This document shows positions 1 through 9,888 of a DNA stretch of 64,000 bases, one piece after another. Location: the IMG/VR virus record IMGVR_UViG_3300035070_002626, positions 235,911 to 299,910 of that record; one strand, 5' to 3'. The position numbers and the translations under genes are program-made. Position 1 is the stretch's first letter, and each line of letters starts with the position of its first letter. The notes beneath the pieces are model-generated. The model made no database searches. It saw only the letters and a list, made by a program, of their open reading frames with translations, and had not been told where the DNA came from.

Positions 1-600
1 GCCAATAGTAGTATCTGTAATTACAAGATTACCAATTGATCCGTCTGAGCCGACACCAAATGGACCAACATATCTAGCACCTACAATGTAAATACTTTTA
101 CCAGTAACGCCTGTATCAATTTGGCTTGGAATATTTTCGCCATTGAAGTTAAGAACGCCTGCTTGATAATCAAAGAACCAACCGTCTTCGTTACCAGAGC
201 CACTTTGGAATAATTGAGTTCCTGTACTTTGCGGAGTTGCTGAGCCAGTGGTGTCAACATAAACTTTAACAAGATAGGTTGATCCAAATTCAGTTGGGAT
301 CCAATCTGTTAAGTTGGTTTTCCATGTTTGGTTATCAGGTGCTGTTAAATCCTCAGTGCACTCAACAGTTGCAGTACCACCTGCGGCATCTTGATACACT
401 TCAACGATACTACTAGTTGCACTTGGTTTAACGCTAGGTATTACGCCCGAGCTCTGCCATACTTTGTCCCCACGCATTAACAAAGGTGATGGTATACTTT
501 CGTTAAATGCTTCTTTATTTGAAGGAGGAGCAGTTTTGGCAACACCAAACCCTAGTTTTTTCCAAAGAAAATCAACTTTTGTGCTATCTGCGAGTGCCAT
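1..600 (-). CDS. Virion structural/fibre-type protein, 5' part only (runs off the window)
   Basis: Not in the ORF track. ATG at 600 overlaps the upstream TAA (TAATG); frame is open to base 1 (MALADSTKVDFLWKKLGFG...WFFDYQAGVLNF...). G/T/S-rich, in the fibre operon. Confidence 0.75.
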   Translation of the reverse strand, partial: MALADSTKVDFLWKKLGFGVAKTAPPSNKEAFNESIPSPLLMRGDKVWQSSGVIPSVKPSATSSIVEVYQDAAGGTATVECTEDLTAPDNQTWKTNLTDWIPTEFGSTYLVKVYVDTTGSATPQSTGTQLFQSGSGNEDGWFFDYQAGVLNFNGENIPSQIDTGVTGKSIYIVGARYVGPFGVGSDGSIGNLVITDTTIG

Positions 601-3600
601 TAGCTTGCTACTCCTACACTAACACTGGTAAGTGATTGTCCGCTTGCTAGTGCAATGCGAACTAATACGTTGTTACCGGTTGAATTTGAACTGTTTTCAC
701 TACCTAATGTCATAGTGTACGCAGCATTAATTGTACTACCTGTTGGTATTACATCAGCGCCAGTGAGTGCACAGCCCAATGATCCGTTGCCACCATTGCC
801 GGTGTCGTCCCCGGGCACACCCGAACCTGCATATTGCACAGTACCATCAACCCAGCCGTTTGCAGTGCTTGCATCGTCGATAGTAGTACCAGGTGCAGCA
901 ATCCAAAGTCCAGTAATACCTGTTGAACTGTTTAAACTAATGTCAAAGTTGGCCATTGTTGCTCTACGGAATGCAAATGTAAAATATTGTGTGCCACTTC
1001 GTCCTGTGTTAAGGTCTGGACCAGATGGCAAATAGCCGCTACTAAAGTCTGTAGTAAAGTGATCTAACGTGCCCCAGCGCACAACTGCTTCTTGTGTTCC
1101 GGCAATTGTCTCTGCACCGCTCCAGGCATTGGAAGTATAATAGTTTGTTGCACTATTAAATGCAGGATTGTCTGCTGCACTCCCTAATCCAGTAATTCGC
1201 AACCCGTCGTCGTCGTATACACTTCCTAATGCATCTGCAACAGGAATATTCTGTTCATCAAATCCTGATAAACTTGCACTGTAGATTTGAATATATTGAT
1301 TAGTTATGTTTACTACACTACTAGATCCGTTAACATTGAACATCTGACTATCAACATACCCAACTGCTCTTGCGCTACCGTTTACACTCAGTGTAATATT
1401 ACCCATTGGTTGCGGGCTTGCAACACCAACGTCTGCATTAACAATGCCGGCAGTAACAAAACTTGGAGTTCCGTCGATATCACTGTAGGTTTTTGTTTGT
1501 GTGTTGATAATACTGCCGCTCGTGCCCTCAGCTAATGTGCCTGTAGTAAACTGTATAGGCTGACTGGTATTTCTGTATGTCTGTCCTGTTAGGTTAGATA
1601 CTTCTAATCCTTGAATTTGAATAGCAGGACTACCTGTATTGTAATACGGTACACCCGAAATGTATCTGTAAGTGCCAGCAGTTTGTTCTACAATAACTGC
1701 ATTGCCTTGCACCACTGTTGGTACATCAAACATGTCATCTTTAACAAAATCAACAAGATTAGTGTCGCCAGTTGTAGTATGACTCAATTTTGCATCGTTG
1801 TAACCTACACTAATGCCACTAAGGGCACGTTGCCACCGTGCATCAAATACTTTAGCAAATCCACTTGGGTAAGTGCTTGCACTAATTTCATCGTGCGCAT
1901 CTCCATCTGCAACAACAATCAAATCTGTGTATGTCCCTGATGCATCACCGCTGCTAGTAAATGTAACATTGCCTGCTGCTGATCCGTTAAACTGTGCTGA
2001 CAGTGTTCCTGATATAGCAGTATTTGCATTTGTAACATTGTTTGTATTAATAGTTGTAGTAGTTGTATAGCGTGTAACACTTGATCCAGCTGCAACAATG
2101 TTGCCGCTACTGTTATCCGTAGCATTGGCTGCCAACAATGGAGACGTCCCTTGACTCGAATCTGCTAAACTCAGTGTCTTGGTACTTAATGCACCTGGTT
2201 GTGCAGGATTTGCATTAATTTGAATATAATTACTCTTGACTTCGCTATCCGATTGTGCTATAGTAGCAGGAGTTCCGTAAACATCTAGCTCAACTGTATA
2301 GTTGCCTGTGCTCGAATAGGTGTTGGTAATGTTACCATTACCAGGTGTACCAGCTCCGCTGGTAATGTTACCGGTTGTGTTGCCGTCGCCGAACGCCCAA
2401 TCAAATATTGTTGCATTTTGACTGGTATTGTCAAATGTAAATAATGCTCTGTCTGCACCGTCACGATAGTCTGTAAACACATAACCATCTTGTGCATTAT
2501 CGCCTGTTCTGTCACTGAGTGTAACTGCAGACCCGGTGTAGATTGCTCTCACATCTGGTTCAATTGTAATTGTAGTAGTACCACTTACAAAAGGTGAATT
2601 GGTGCTGCCGTTTCTTACTTGTAAGGTAACATCAAATGTTTGGCTCGTGCCGCTTGCTTGGTTACCCGAGCTAAGAGCAAACGTGTGATTAATAGTAGAT
2701 CCTGGATTACCAGCAACTCCACTTTGTATATTAACATTAGCAACTGACCCATCATCCCATGTCCAAAGATATTTTTGCTGACTACCAAACACCGCAGTAG
2801 ACCCTGGATCAGTGGCAACAGTGTTTGTAAATGTTACCACACCACCGGAGGTTGCTTCTTCGTTGACTAATGTAGTTGCACTAGCAGTAAACTGACTAGT
2901 GTGATCACTGTACACACTTACTGTCCCTGGCGCACTGTATACTGTAACCGGGGTTGGTCCGGCAGTGCTTGACGTACCGGCTAGTACAATTGTGTACTGC
3001 TCATCGCCGCCCGAGTTGGTATAGGTATTTGTAAGTGTTGTCCAACCCAATGCTGGGTTTGTATTTGCAACACCATCTCCCCAATCAAGTTCGTAACTTG
3101 ATGTTACATTTGTTGATGTGTTATTAATCTCAGCTAATGCACCACTGTCGATGCTGTTGTCTGTTATAGTAAATGCCGGTACAGGATTCGGAGTGTAAAG
3201 TGTAATATAGTTTGTTCTAGTTCTAGTGTCAACTGAACCTTTTGCGCCAAGAGAAACATTTCCTTGGTAAGTGCCATCAGAGTTAAATGCTGTCAGTGAC
3301 ACAGTAAATTGTCCGCCAGCATCATCGTTGTACGTATGACTAACATTAAGTCCACTGGTTGATGTATTACCGTCGCCAAAGTCCCAGAGATAGTTATCAG
3401 CAGTGCCCACTAAACTTCCACTAAATGTTACAGTTTGTGGACTTGGACCTGCAAGAGGTGTACCAGTAAATTCAACTTGGCCAACATATGTACCATTGGC
3501 AATGTTTAGTGCAACTTGGTTGAGATCATCAAGACCATCGGTTACAAACGTGTTAGTCGTCCAATCATTGTACGCTACGTTGGTTGTTAGATCCCCGTCA

Positions 3601-3986
3601 GTTGGTGTGCCAAGGCTAATAACATTACCTGTTAGTCCTCCAACATTACTGATAGGAATAAAACTTAGAACGCCGCTACCGTCAGTGCTCAACACTGTGC
3701 CGCTTGAGCCGCCAGTGATTGTTATATCTTCAACTGCACCTAAGTTAAGCTCTGACCCTGACAGGTCGAGGTTCCCAAGATCGGACGTGATACTATTACC
3801 GGTGATTACAACATTACCAATTGAGGCATCGTCGGGTGTTGTAATAGCATGAGTAGTCGATGTAGTGTTAACACCAATTCTGCTGTTAGCCACGTCGATG
3901 TACAACGCATCTGTGCTAATTGCTAAATTAGTGCTCCGTTGTAAATCGTTTGCTAATGCATTACCAGAAACCCGTGCAATTGCCAT
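600..3986 (-). CDS. 1128-aa PKD/Ig-like repeat fibre or virion adhesin
   Basis: Four WDFGDG-type PKD motifs (YLWDFGDG, LDWGDG, WTWDDG, FDWAFGDG); T/S/G/N-rich; TATAAATA box at 4015-4022 and an AGAGGA SD. Confidence 0.8.
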   Translation of the reverse strand: MAIARVSGNALANDLQRSTNLAISTDALYIDVANSRIGVNTTSTTHAITTPDDASIGNVVITGNSITSDLGNLDLSGSELNLGAVEDITITGGSSGTVLSTDGSGVLSFIPISNVGGLTGNVISLGTPTDGDLTTNVAYNDWTTNTFVTDGLDDLNQVALNIANGTYVGQVEFTGTPLAGPSPQTVTFSGSLVGTADNYLWDFGDGNTSTSGLNVSHTYNDDAGGQFTVSLTAFNSDGTYQGNVSLGAKGSVDTRTRTNYITLYTPNPVPAFTITDNSIDSGALAEINNTSTNVTSSYELDWGDGVANTNPALGWTTLTNTYTNSGGDEQYTIVLAGTSSTAGPTPVTVYSAPGTVSVYSDHTSQFTASATTLVNEEATSGGVVTFTNTVATDPGSTAVFGSQQKYLWTWDDGSVANVNIQSGVAGNPGSTINHTFALSSGNQASGTSQTFDVTLQVRNGSTNSPFVSGTTTITIEPDVRAIYTGSAVTLSDRTGDNAQDGYVFTDYRDGADRALFTFDNTSQNATIFDWAFGDGNTTGNITSGAGTPGNGNITNTYSSTGNYTVELDVYGTPATIAQSDSEVKSNYIQINANPAQPGALSTKTLSLADSSQGTSPLLAANATDNSSGNIVAAGSSVTRYTTTTTINTNNVTNANTAISGTLSAQFNGSAAGNVTFTSSGDASGTYTDLIVVADGDAHDEISASTYPSGFAKVFDARWQRALSGISVGYNDAKLSHTTTGDTNLVDFVKDDMFDVPTVVQGNAVIVEQTAGTYRYISGVPYYNTGSPAIQIQGLEVSNLTGQTYRNTSQPIQFTTGTLAEGTSGSIINTQTKTYSDIDGTPSFVTAGIVNADVGVASPQPMGNITLSVNGSARAVGYVDSQMFNVNGSSSVVNITNQYIQIYSASLSGFDEQNIPVADALGSVYDDDGLRITGLGSAADNPAFNSATNYYTSNAWSGAETIAGTQEAVVRWGTLDHFTTDFSSGYLPSGPDLNTGRSGTQYFTFAFRRATMANFDISLNSSTGITGLWIAAPGTTIDDASTANGWVDGTVQYAGSGVPGDDTGNGGNGSLGCALTGADVIPTGSTINAAYTMTLGSENSSNSTGNNVLVRIALASGQSLTSVSVGVAS

Positions 3987-4014
3987 TTATAATGCTATCC
4001 TCTAAATCTTATTG

Positions 4015-4022
4015 TATTTATA
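4015..4022 (-). promoter_or_regulatory. T4-type late promoter TATAAATA
   Basis: Exact T4 late consensus upstream of the 3986 start. Confidence 0.75.
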
Positions 4023-4033
4023 CTAGTTTTGAT

Positions 4034-4468
4034 CTAGGTTCCAGGTACTGTTCCCAGCCCGTGAATTACATGAATTGGCTCAGCATCAAGCGGTGCTGCA
4101 CTAAACGTAATGTCATTTCCTCCGCCAGTGATGGTATACACACCCACAGGTTGCTGATAAATGTTTGAAACAAAAGTAATAACTTGATCTTCGTTACTCA
4201 CTGATGTACTAAGCGTAAATGAAAGCGTAGACCCATCACCTGTAAATGCATCAACTACTAAATTTGCTTCTCCAGCAACGCCAACTGACTTGAATACAGT
4301 TCCATCAAAATATTCCATACCGCCAGTGCTAGTGTTAAACCTAAAACTACCAAATATCGGAGCAGTAGGTCGATCAGCGGTTGCTCCGCCCGGAATAATC
4401 ACACTCGAGGTGCTCGCCGGTATTCTGTGATTTTTTAAAAATTGCCCCGAGCTTGGATTAGCAGCCAT
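4034..4468 (-). CDS. Small virion structural protein
   Basis: Fibre-type motif FRFNTSTGGMEYFDG and an FTGDGSTLSFTL beta-sandwich module similar to those in the 4506-aa protein. Confidence 0.7.
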   Translation of the reverse strand: MAANPSSGQFLKNHRIPASTSSVIIPGGATADRPTAPIFGSFRFNTSTGGMEYFDGTVFKSVGVAGEANLVVDAFTGDGSTLSFTLSTSVSNEDQVITFVSNIYQQPVGVYTITGGGNDITFSAAPLDAEPIHVIHGLGTVPGT

Positions 4469-4469
4469 A

Positions 4470-4784
4470 TTAGATACCAGTATACGAAATTACTGAATTC
4501 ACTCCTGTTGCAACATTTGCAACAGCACTAATAAAATCATTGTTACCAAGCAATAGTTTTTCACCGCCTGCATATAATTGATATGTGTCAGTTGCCGTGA
4601 TTTCTAATGATTTTGTAATACAATTAACATTTCCTACGCTATCTCCACTTGGGACAACATGTATATCTATACTAATAGTAGAACTAGTATAATTTGTAAA
4701 CGCTGCATATGTAATTGCACTGTTATCCGAGCTTGTGTACACTGTGGTATCTGAGTTTACAACTTCGGTTGTTTGAATTGCCAT
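4470..4784 (-). CDS. Hypothetical structural protein (104 aa)
   Basis: Tightly packed in the operon (1-bp gap); beta-rich composition. Confidence 0.65.
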   Translation of the reverse strand: MAIQTTEVVNSDTTVYTSSDNSAITYAAFTNYTSSTISIDIHVVPSGDSVGNVNCITKSLEITATDTYQLYAGGEKLLLGNNDFISAVANVATGVNSVISYTGI

Positions 4785-4794
4785 TTTTTAATCC

Positions 4795-5460
4795 TTAAAA
4801 TATAATGCCATAAACGATGGCCTTGCTTTTGCTTACTAGTTCGTCGGATGTGGAGCCATCAACAAAATAAACACCAGTTCCGCCACTGCCTACTGTGTTT
4901 GCATACAAAACTGTGGTATTTGCTACTGAGGCAGGGGCACTACTCTGATCAGAAAGTTGAATTGCGCCGTCAACAGCAACATTGCCAGTGGCGCTAACAA
5001 TTCCTGTAATCGAAAGTGTATCAGTGGCTTGATCCCAGGTGAATTCTGCCTCACCGCCGAACGTACCTGCATTATTAAATTGGATAGCAGTATTAGGACC
5101 ACCTGGTGAACCAGCTGATGCTGTCCCGATTGCATCCCAAGTGCCAGTTTCTCCGCTTGCACTAGTAGAAGTACTCAATTCCCAGCGGCCGTTATCAACA
5201 CTATATCTAATTCCAGCGTAGTTGCTTGCTGTTTTGTGAGTTAATACACCTGCATTAGCAGCATAAGTTGCTGTGTTACTACTGTTTAAAACAATAAACG
5301 GATCTGATACATTAAGTTCTTCAGTATTAATATACGTTAAGTTGCCGCTAACCACCAAGTTACCGTCAACTTCAAGAGTATCTGTATCAATGTATACTCT
5401 GTCATCGGCATTTATTGTTTCAATATAGTAATCGCCGTCAATTCTTTTTTTTGTGTTCAT
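4795..5460 (-). CDS. Fibre-like structural protein (221 aa)
   Basis: GGPNTAIQFNNAGTFGG fibre motif; TAAATA at 5477-5482 and an AGAGG SD. Confidence 0.7.
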   Translation of the reverse strand: MNTKKRIDGDYYIETINADDRVYIDTDTLEVDGNLVVSGNLTYINTEELNVSDPFIVLNSSNTATYAANAGVLTHKTASNYAGIRYSVDNGRWELSTSTSASGETGTWDAIGTASAGSPGGPNTAIQFNNAGTFGGEAEFTWDQATDTLSITGIVSATGNVAVDGAIQLSDQSSAPASVANTTVLYANTVGSGGTGVYFVDGSTSDELVSKSKAIVYGIIF

Positions 5461-6044
5461 AGTGGACCTCTAGCAGTATTTACCTTCTCTAGAAACTTGC
5501 CCATAGACATTATCCTCATATTTTGTATTTTATTAAACCTAGGCACAAATGCTGATTCTGGACCTTCTATTCTCCAGAATTGCCTGGTGCTAAAGTCCTC
5601 AGTAAGCTTGATGATTTGATTAATCCAGTTACCCGGGTATGTTGGTGGGTCGAGATCTTTTTTGTAAAATTTTGTATTTGTATAGATATTGTTAACCATA
5701 CCGTTGGTAGTCCCAAGATCCATGCCAATTAAGTATATGTCACTGTGGCCGTCAATTAACGCTAAACTAGCAGCATTTGGGCCACTGCTAAATCCTTTGT
5801 AGTCTTTAGCAAGAAACCGACCACCTAAATCCACGATAGGTTTTCGGGTGTGGAATCTATGTTTTTTTGCATATCCAGAATTTTGTATTTCTTCAGCAAT
5901 TGGCCTATCAGTGGCTACCAAGCAATGAGGTGTGCACTCTTGATACAATCTATTGCATCCAAATACTGTACCAATTTCCATCAATTTACTAGGATTAACT
6001 GCTAGCCTGCTTTTGCCGTTTCCTAGTATAAATGCTGCACTCAT
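5457..6044 (-). CDS. Maf/MptE-like (GT29-like fold) nucleotide-sugar transferase
   Basis: N-terminal FILGNGKS, then FGCN, SSGPNA and IYLIGMD motifs typical of the Maf/MptE-like family. Confidence 0.6.
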   Translation of the reverse strand: MSAAFILGNGKSRLAVNPSKLMEIGTVFGCNRLYQECTPHCLVATDRPIAEEIQNSGYAKKHRFHTRKPIVDLGGRFLAKDYKGFSSGPNAASLALIDGHSDIYLIGMDLGTTNGMVNNIYTNTKFYKKDLDPPTYPGNWINQIIKLTEDFSTRQFWRIEGPESAFVPRFNKIQNMRIMSMGKFLEKVNTARGPL

Positions 6045-6077
6045 AAAAAACCCCCATTGTAGTTATTACAATGAGGG
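6045..6077 (-). terminator. Intrinsic terminator
   Basis: 11-bp stem CCCUCAUUGUA/UACAAUGGGGG (one G.U) followed by U6. Confidence 0.75.
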
Positions 6078-6099
6078 CTAGCAAGTTAAAAAATTAATC

Positions 6100-6750
6100 T
6101 TAACCGTATTGTGGGTTCTCAATCTGTACTAGATTAATAGTTGTTGTTGATCCTTCGGCACCTGATTTTTCAATTGTGTCATCAAGAACATTAAAGTAGT
6201 TAACCAATACTTTTGCGTTAGCAAAGTTGATTGCATACTTGTTAGTCATACGCTTGATACGCACTAGAGAAGAACCTTCGTCAGCATAAGTTACTGTCAT
6301 AGTATTAGCTGTTAATGCTGCATCAGCTAAATCAGCTAGTACACAAACACCGATTGTATCTGCTGTGCCTGTACCTGCACCTACACCGGTTGCTTTAAAT
6401 GTACTACCAACGCCTGCATCTGGGCCTGCACCAATTGATTGCCAGTCAGTATTGCCAAGTGCTGTAATGATGTATAGATTGTCAACAATAAACGAACCAG
6501 CTGTAACGCCAGTCGAATCGCCAACTAGGTATTTTGTTGAACCTTTTTGACGAATAATATAGCCGTCTGCTTCAGCAACTGTGCCGATTTTAACACGACA
6601 TGTTGTTGTTGGAAACTCTCCACTTGATAGATTTGAATTACCGCCAACTTGACCGAAGTATAGCTCGCCTGCTGGTGTACCATTTCCGTCTGGATTGTTA
6701 AAGCCAGCGTCTCTAGTATCAGAAATTTTAATTTTGAGAGGACGTCCCAT
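6100..6750 (-). CDS. Late protein immediately after the capsid gene (decoration/whisker candidate)
   Basis: Own TAAATA box, AGGAG SD and flanking terminators; FIVDNLYIITALGNTDWQSIGA motif resembles phage head-fibre repeats. Confidence 0.65.
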   Translation of the reverse strand: MGRPLKIKISDTRDAGFNNPDGNGTPAGELYFGQVGGNSNLSSGEFPTTTCRVKIGTVAEADGYIIRQKGSTKYLVGDSTGVTAGSFIVDNLYIITALGNTDWQSIGAGPDAGVGSTFKATGVGAGTGTADTIGVCVLADLADAALTANTMTVTYADEGSSLVRIKRMTNKYAINFANAKVLVNYFNVLDDTIEKSGAEGSTTTINLVQIENPQYG

Positions 6751-6845
6751 GTTGTTTTCTCCTTGTAGAAGTCCGATGTAGGTTCTAGCCTACTACGCGG
6801 ATGGTGTTCCGCATAAAACGCAGTATTACGTTAGAAAAGTATTTA
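6751..6845 (-). promoter_or_regulatory. Late promoter plus three-hairpin structured 5' leader
   Basis: TAAATA 6840-6845; hairpins at 6817-6832, 6794-6815 and 6778-6793; SD AGGAG 6759-6763. Confidence 0.65.
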
Positions 6846-6848
6846 GCC

Positions 6849-6877
6849 AAAAAAACAGCACCCGAAGGTGCTGTTTT
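6849..6877 (-). terminator. Intrinsic terminator after gp23 (cUUCGg loop)
   Basis: AAAACAGCACC-UUCG-GGUGCUGUUUU plus further U residues; typical T4-like tetraloop terminator. Confidence 0.9.
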
Positions 6878-6913
6878 CTCTTCCCTGCATAATACAGGTT
6901 GTAATGATAAAGC

Positions 6914-8125
6914 TTATGAGAACGAAAGGTTCTGTACAGCAATTTCACCAACATAGTCACCGGCGTTGCCGAAGGACGATGCTGTGTTTGTTAGCTCAAT
7001 ATAGCCATAACGTGTCATAAAGGACACTACTGGCTCAAAGCTGGACGGATCAAGAACAACGCCTGAACTCATTAGCGGTACGTATGGGCAATAGAACGCT
7101 GGTGCGTCTGTTTCACTTGCGCCTTTGTAGCCAACTAGTACTGGAGTTGTGTCGCCTGCGTATGAGTCACAGAATACACGCATTGTGCCATTCAATGTAC
7201 CAACGAATTTAGTATTTGTTGGTGCTTCAAATGTGCCTTCTGTTGTGCGAGCAAATGCACTTGTTGTTGCACTCTGTAGCACTGTAAGTGCAGCAGGGGA
7301 AACAACAGCATAGTTGCCTGCGCCACGACGTGTACGCTGAGCGATCAAGTTAGCTGTGCGGTTGATTAGAACTGCAAGAGCTGCATGCTCGTCACCAACA
7401 AATGTTGCTGTACCTGATACTGTGGCTTGGTTGTATGTAAACTCAGTTGCTGCTAGCGAACGTAGAGAAAGTAGAATCTCTTGGTCGATTTCAGCAGTAA
7501 TCTCTTGAGCAAGTGCTGCCATGATTTCAGCTTCAACGTCAATGCCGTGCATGGCTTGTGCGTCTTGTGCTGCTTCAAAAGTCCAGCGAGCTTGTAGCTT
7601 ACGTGTTTTTGCTTCAACAGCTTGCTTGAGGATTTGTACGGAAATCTGACGACCGCCGGAACCTTCAAGTACTGCTGTGTTTGCACCTTGGTATGTGTTC
7701 TGTGCATTTTGTACAACGCCTGCTGTCACTGTGGACGCAGAGGAGTAAGCTTGTGCAATTTTAAATGGTGATAGAGCTTCGTCACCAGCGGCTGTACTTG
7801 TTGCGGCTGCTGAGTTATCTGTCATTGCGTTTGCATAACGAACACGTAGTGTGTGGATTTGGCCAACTGGACCAGTCATTGGCTGAACGCCGACTAGTTC
7901 GTTAGCAATAACAGTTGGCATAACACGTCTGATAACTGGTAGGATAACACGGTTAAGTGTTGCTACGTTACCGGAAGAAGTTGAACCTGCTGTTGCGTTC
8001 TCTGCCAAGTGCTTGCGAGTGTTTTCTAGGATAACACCCATTGTTGAACGGCGTGAACCTTGAAGGCCTTCTAGGAGGGCTTCCTTGGTCTCACTCCATC
8101 TGTTTTCTAGTAGTTCTTGTGACAT
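6914..8125 (-). CDS. gp23: Major capsid protein, T4 gp23 family
   Basis: VGVQPMTGPVGQIHTLR, TRKLQARWTFEAAQD, EITAEIDQEI, FYCPYVPL, FMTRYG motifs; GGAGA SD. Confidence 0.97.
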   Translation of the reverse strand: MSQELLENRWSETKEALLEGLQGSRRSTMGVILENTRKHLAENATAGSTSSGNVATLNRVILPVIRRVMPTVIANELVGVQPMTGPVGQIHTLRVRYANAMTDNSAAATSTAAGDEALSPFKIAQAYSSASTVTAGVVQNAQNTYQGANTAVLEGSGGRQISVQILKQAVEAKTRKLQARWTFEAAQDAQAMHGIDVEAEIMAALAQEITAEIDQEILLSLRSLAATEFTYNQATVSGTATFVGDEHAALAVLINRTANLIAQRTRRGAGNYAVVSPAALTVLQSATTSAFARTTEGTFEAPTNTKFVGTLNGTMRVFCDSYAGDTTPVLVGYKGASETDAPAFYCPYVPLMSSGVVLDPSSFEPVVSFMTRYGYIELTNTASSFGNAGDYVGEIAVQNLSFS

Positions 8126-8146
8126 TTCTGTCTCCTTTTTCTTTTT

Positions 8147-9238
8147 TTAAAGCCCTGCTAGGCGCTTAAGATCGATAACGTTATTAGCGTCATTTGTTTG
8201 TGATCTTTGTTGTTCGGCCTTAACAGTTTTGTTACCAGTAGATTCAACAAGTGCTTCAGCTTTTTTAGTTGCTTTAGCTTCACTGAGTACTGCTGGCAAA
8301 TACTTCTCAAATGCGTTCTTTAGACGAGATGTTTGAACGTTTTCAAGAAGATTAATCATTACTTCTCTCTTTTGATCGTTAAGAGGAGATAGTAGTTCGT
8401 CTAATGTAGCTTCCCGCTCATTAGCTTCACGAATGATTTTAATTTCATGATTTTTGCTCTCAACAAGCTTTGCGGCTTGTTTTTGAGCAGTAACGGCTTC
8501 TGCCAACTTAATATCTTTATCTTCAATAGTAGCTAATAGCTTGCGTACTTCTGCATTCTCATTGAGATGCGTGGCACCAAACTCTGTAGCATATGCTTCA
8601 AATATACGGCGACCAAAATTGTTCTCACGAGCAACCTTGATATCCTCTTTAAGTTGACTTAGTTCTTGCGTAAGATGAGTAGCAACAGTTGTTGACATCT
8701 TTTTAGCAGATTCTTTTACAAATTTACTTTTTAGACTATCAAGTTGTCCACGTGCTTCGCTGACAAGTTTTACTTTAGTTTCAACTAAGTCTTTCTTGTC
8801 TGCTGCGAATTCCTTGATTTCTTCGGCCAAAGCACTTACAATAAAAGATTCTAGCTTACCAAAACCTTCTGCTTGTACTTTGCGATCTGTGCGTAGTTCG
8901 CGAAGCTCTTCGGAAAGTTTTGATACCATAAAGTTATTAAATTTATTAGCATTTTCTTTCATTGCTTTTGCGGCTTTTACACGGTCCTCTGCAAGCGCCT
9001 TTTTCTCTTCGTTAAGTTGAGCAATTTCTTCTTGCAGGCCTTCTGTTACCATTTTATCTAGGGCTTCTACCATCACTGTTTTATCATGATCATAGCGTTG
9101 TGCAAACTCCTCACGAAGTTCTGCACGAACTGTTTCTTTGGTCTCATTCAACTTTGCTGCCCATTGTTCAGCAATAGCATTACGAGTATCCTCATTAACC
9201 AGGTCGCTATCTAGTAGTGGTTTAATAGCATCTAACAT
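8147..9238 (-). CDS. gp22: Prohead scaffold protein, gp22-like
   Basis: Coiled-coil, E/K-rich, located between protease and capsid genes; GGAGA SD. Confidence 0.88.
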   Translation of the reverse strand: MLDAIKPLLDSDLVNEDTRNAIAEQWAAKLNETKETVRAELREEFAQRYDHDKTVMVEALDKMVTEGLQEEIAQLNEEKKALAEDRVKAAKAMKENANKFNNFMVSKLSEELRELRTDRKVQAEGFGKLESFIVSALAEEIKEFAADKKDLVETKVKLVSEARGQLDSLKSKFVKESAKKMSTTVATHLTQELSQLKEDIKVARENNFGRRIFEAYATEFGATHLNENAEVRKLLATIEDKDIKLAEAVTAQKQAAKLVESKNHEIKIIREANEREATLDELLSPLNDQKREVMINLLENVQTSRLKNAFEKYLPAVLSEAKATKKAEALVESTGNKTVKAEQQRSQTNDANNVIDLKRLAGL

Positions 9239-9247
9239 GCGATTCTC

Positions 9248-9874
9248 CTAAATCTTTAGGTCCCTAATCAAACGAGATACTTCGTCTGTTAGGTACTTCT
9301 GTATTTTGTCGTTTGACCCTGACTCCCTAGCCATTTCAAGAACCGAATGACCATGTTTCATGTTCAAAAGTCCTTCGTAAATAGCTTTAGGGTAAGCATT
9401 TGGAGCACTGGGCTGTGCGACTACATCGACAGTAACAATTTCAAAGTCACTGACGTGTCCGTTGTGTGGATCTACATTACCTGATCCACGACTAGATACT
9501 CCCAATCGTACACCTGACTGAAGCATAGTTTTAACTAGCTCACCCATTGGTGTTGGAAGTATTTTTAGTTTTCCGTATCCATTTGGACCGTCCATCCACA
9601 TACTAGTAATCATGTGACATACACGGTCTAAATTAATCTTAAGGTCATCCGGGTGATCAACTTCACCAAGGACGCTATTGCCTTCTTTGATCTGTTCATT
9701 AAGAGTTTTAACTGCGTTAGAAATCTCACTCACAGGGTATATTCGCTCATTAGCGTTCTTAACACCACCTTGTATGCAGATGCCTTCCATAAAGAGTTCC
9801 TTACCGTCTTTCCCTTCAACAAGTTGAATTTGTGCGGTTTCGAAGGTAAGGTTTTCTCTAAGATAAAGAGCCAT
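9248..9874 (-). CDS. gp21: Prohead protease, gp21 family
   Basis: GICIQGGVKNANERIYP, LGEVDHP, LGVSSRGSG, DVVAQPSAPNAY motifs. Confidence 0.95.
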   Translation of the reverse strand: MALYLRENLTFETAQIQLVEGKDGKELFMEGICIQGGVKNANERIYPVSEISNAVKTLNEQIKEGNSVLGEVDHPDDLKINLDRVCHMITSMWMDGPNGYGKLKILPTPMGELVKTMLQSGVRLGVSSRGSGNVDPHNGHVSDFEIVTVDVVAQPSAPNAYPKAIYEGLLNMKHGHSVLEMARESGSNDKIQKYLTDEVSRLIRDLKI

Positions 9875-9888
9875 ACTTGGTTATCCTT

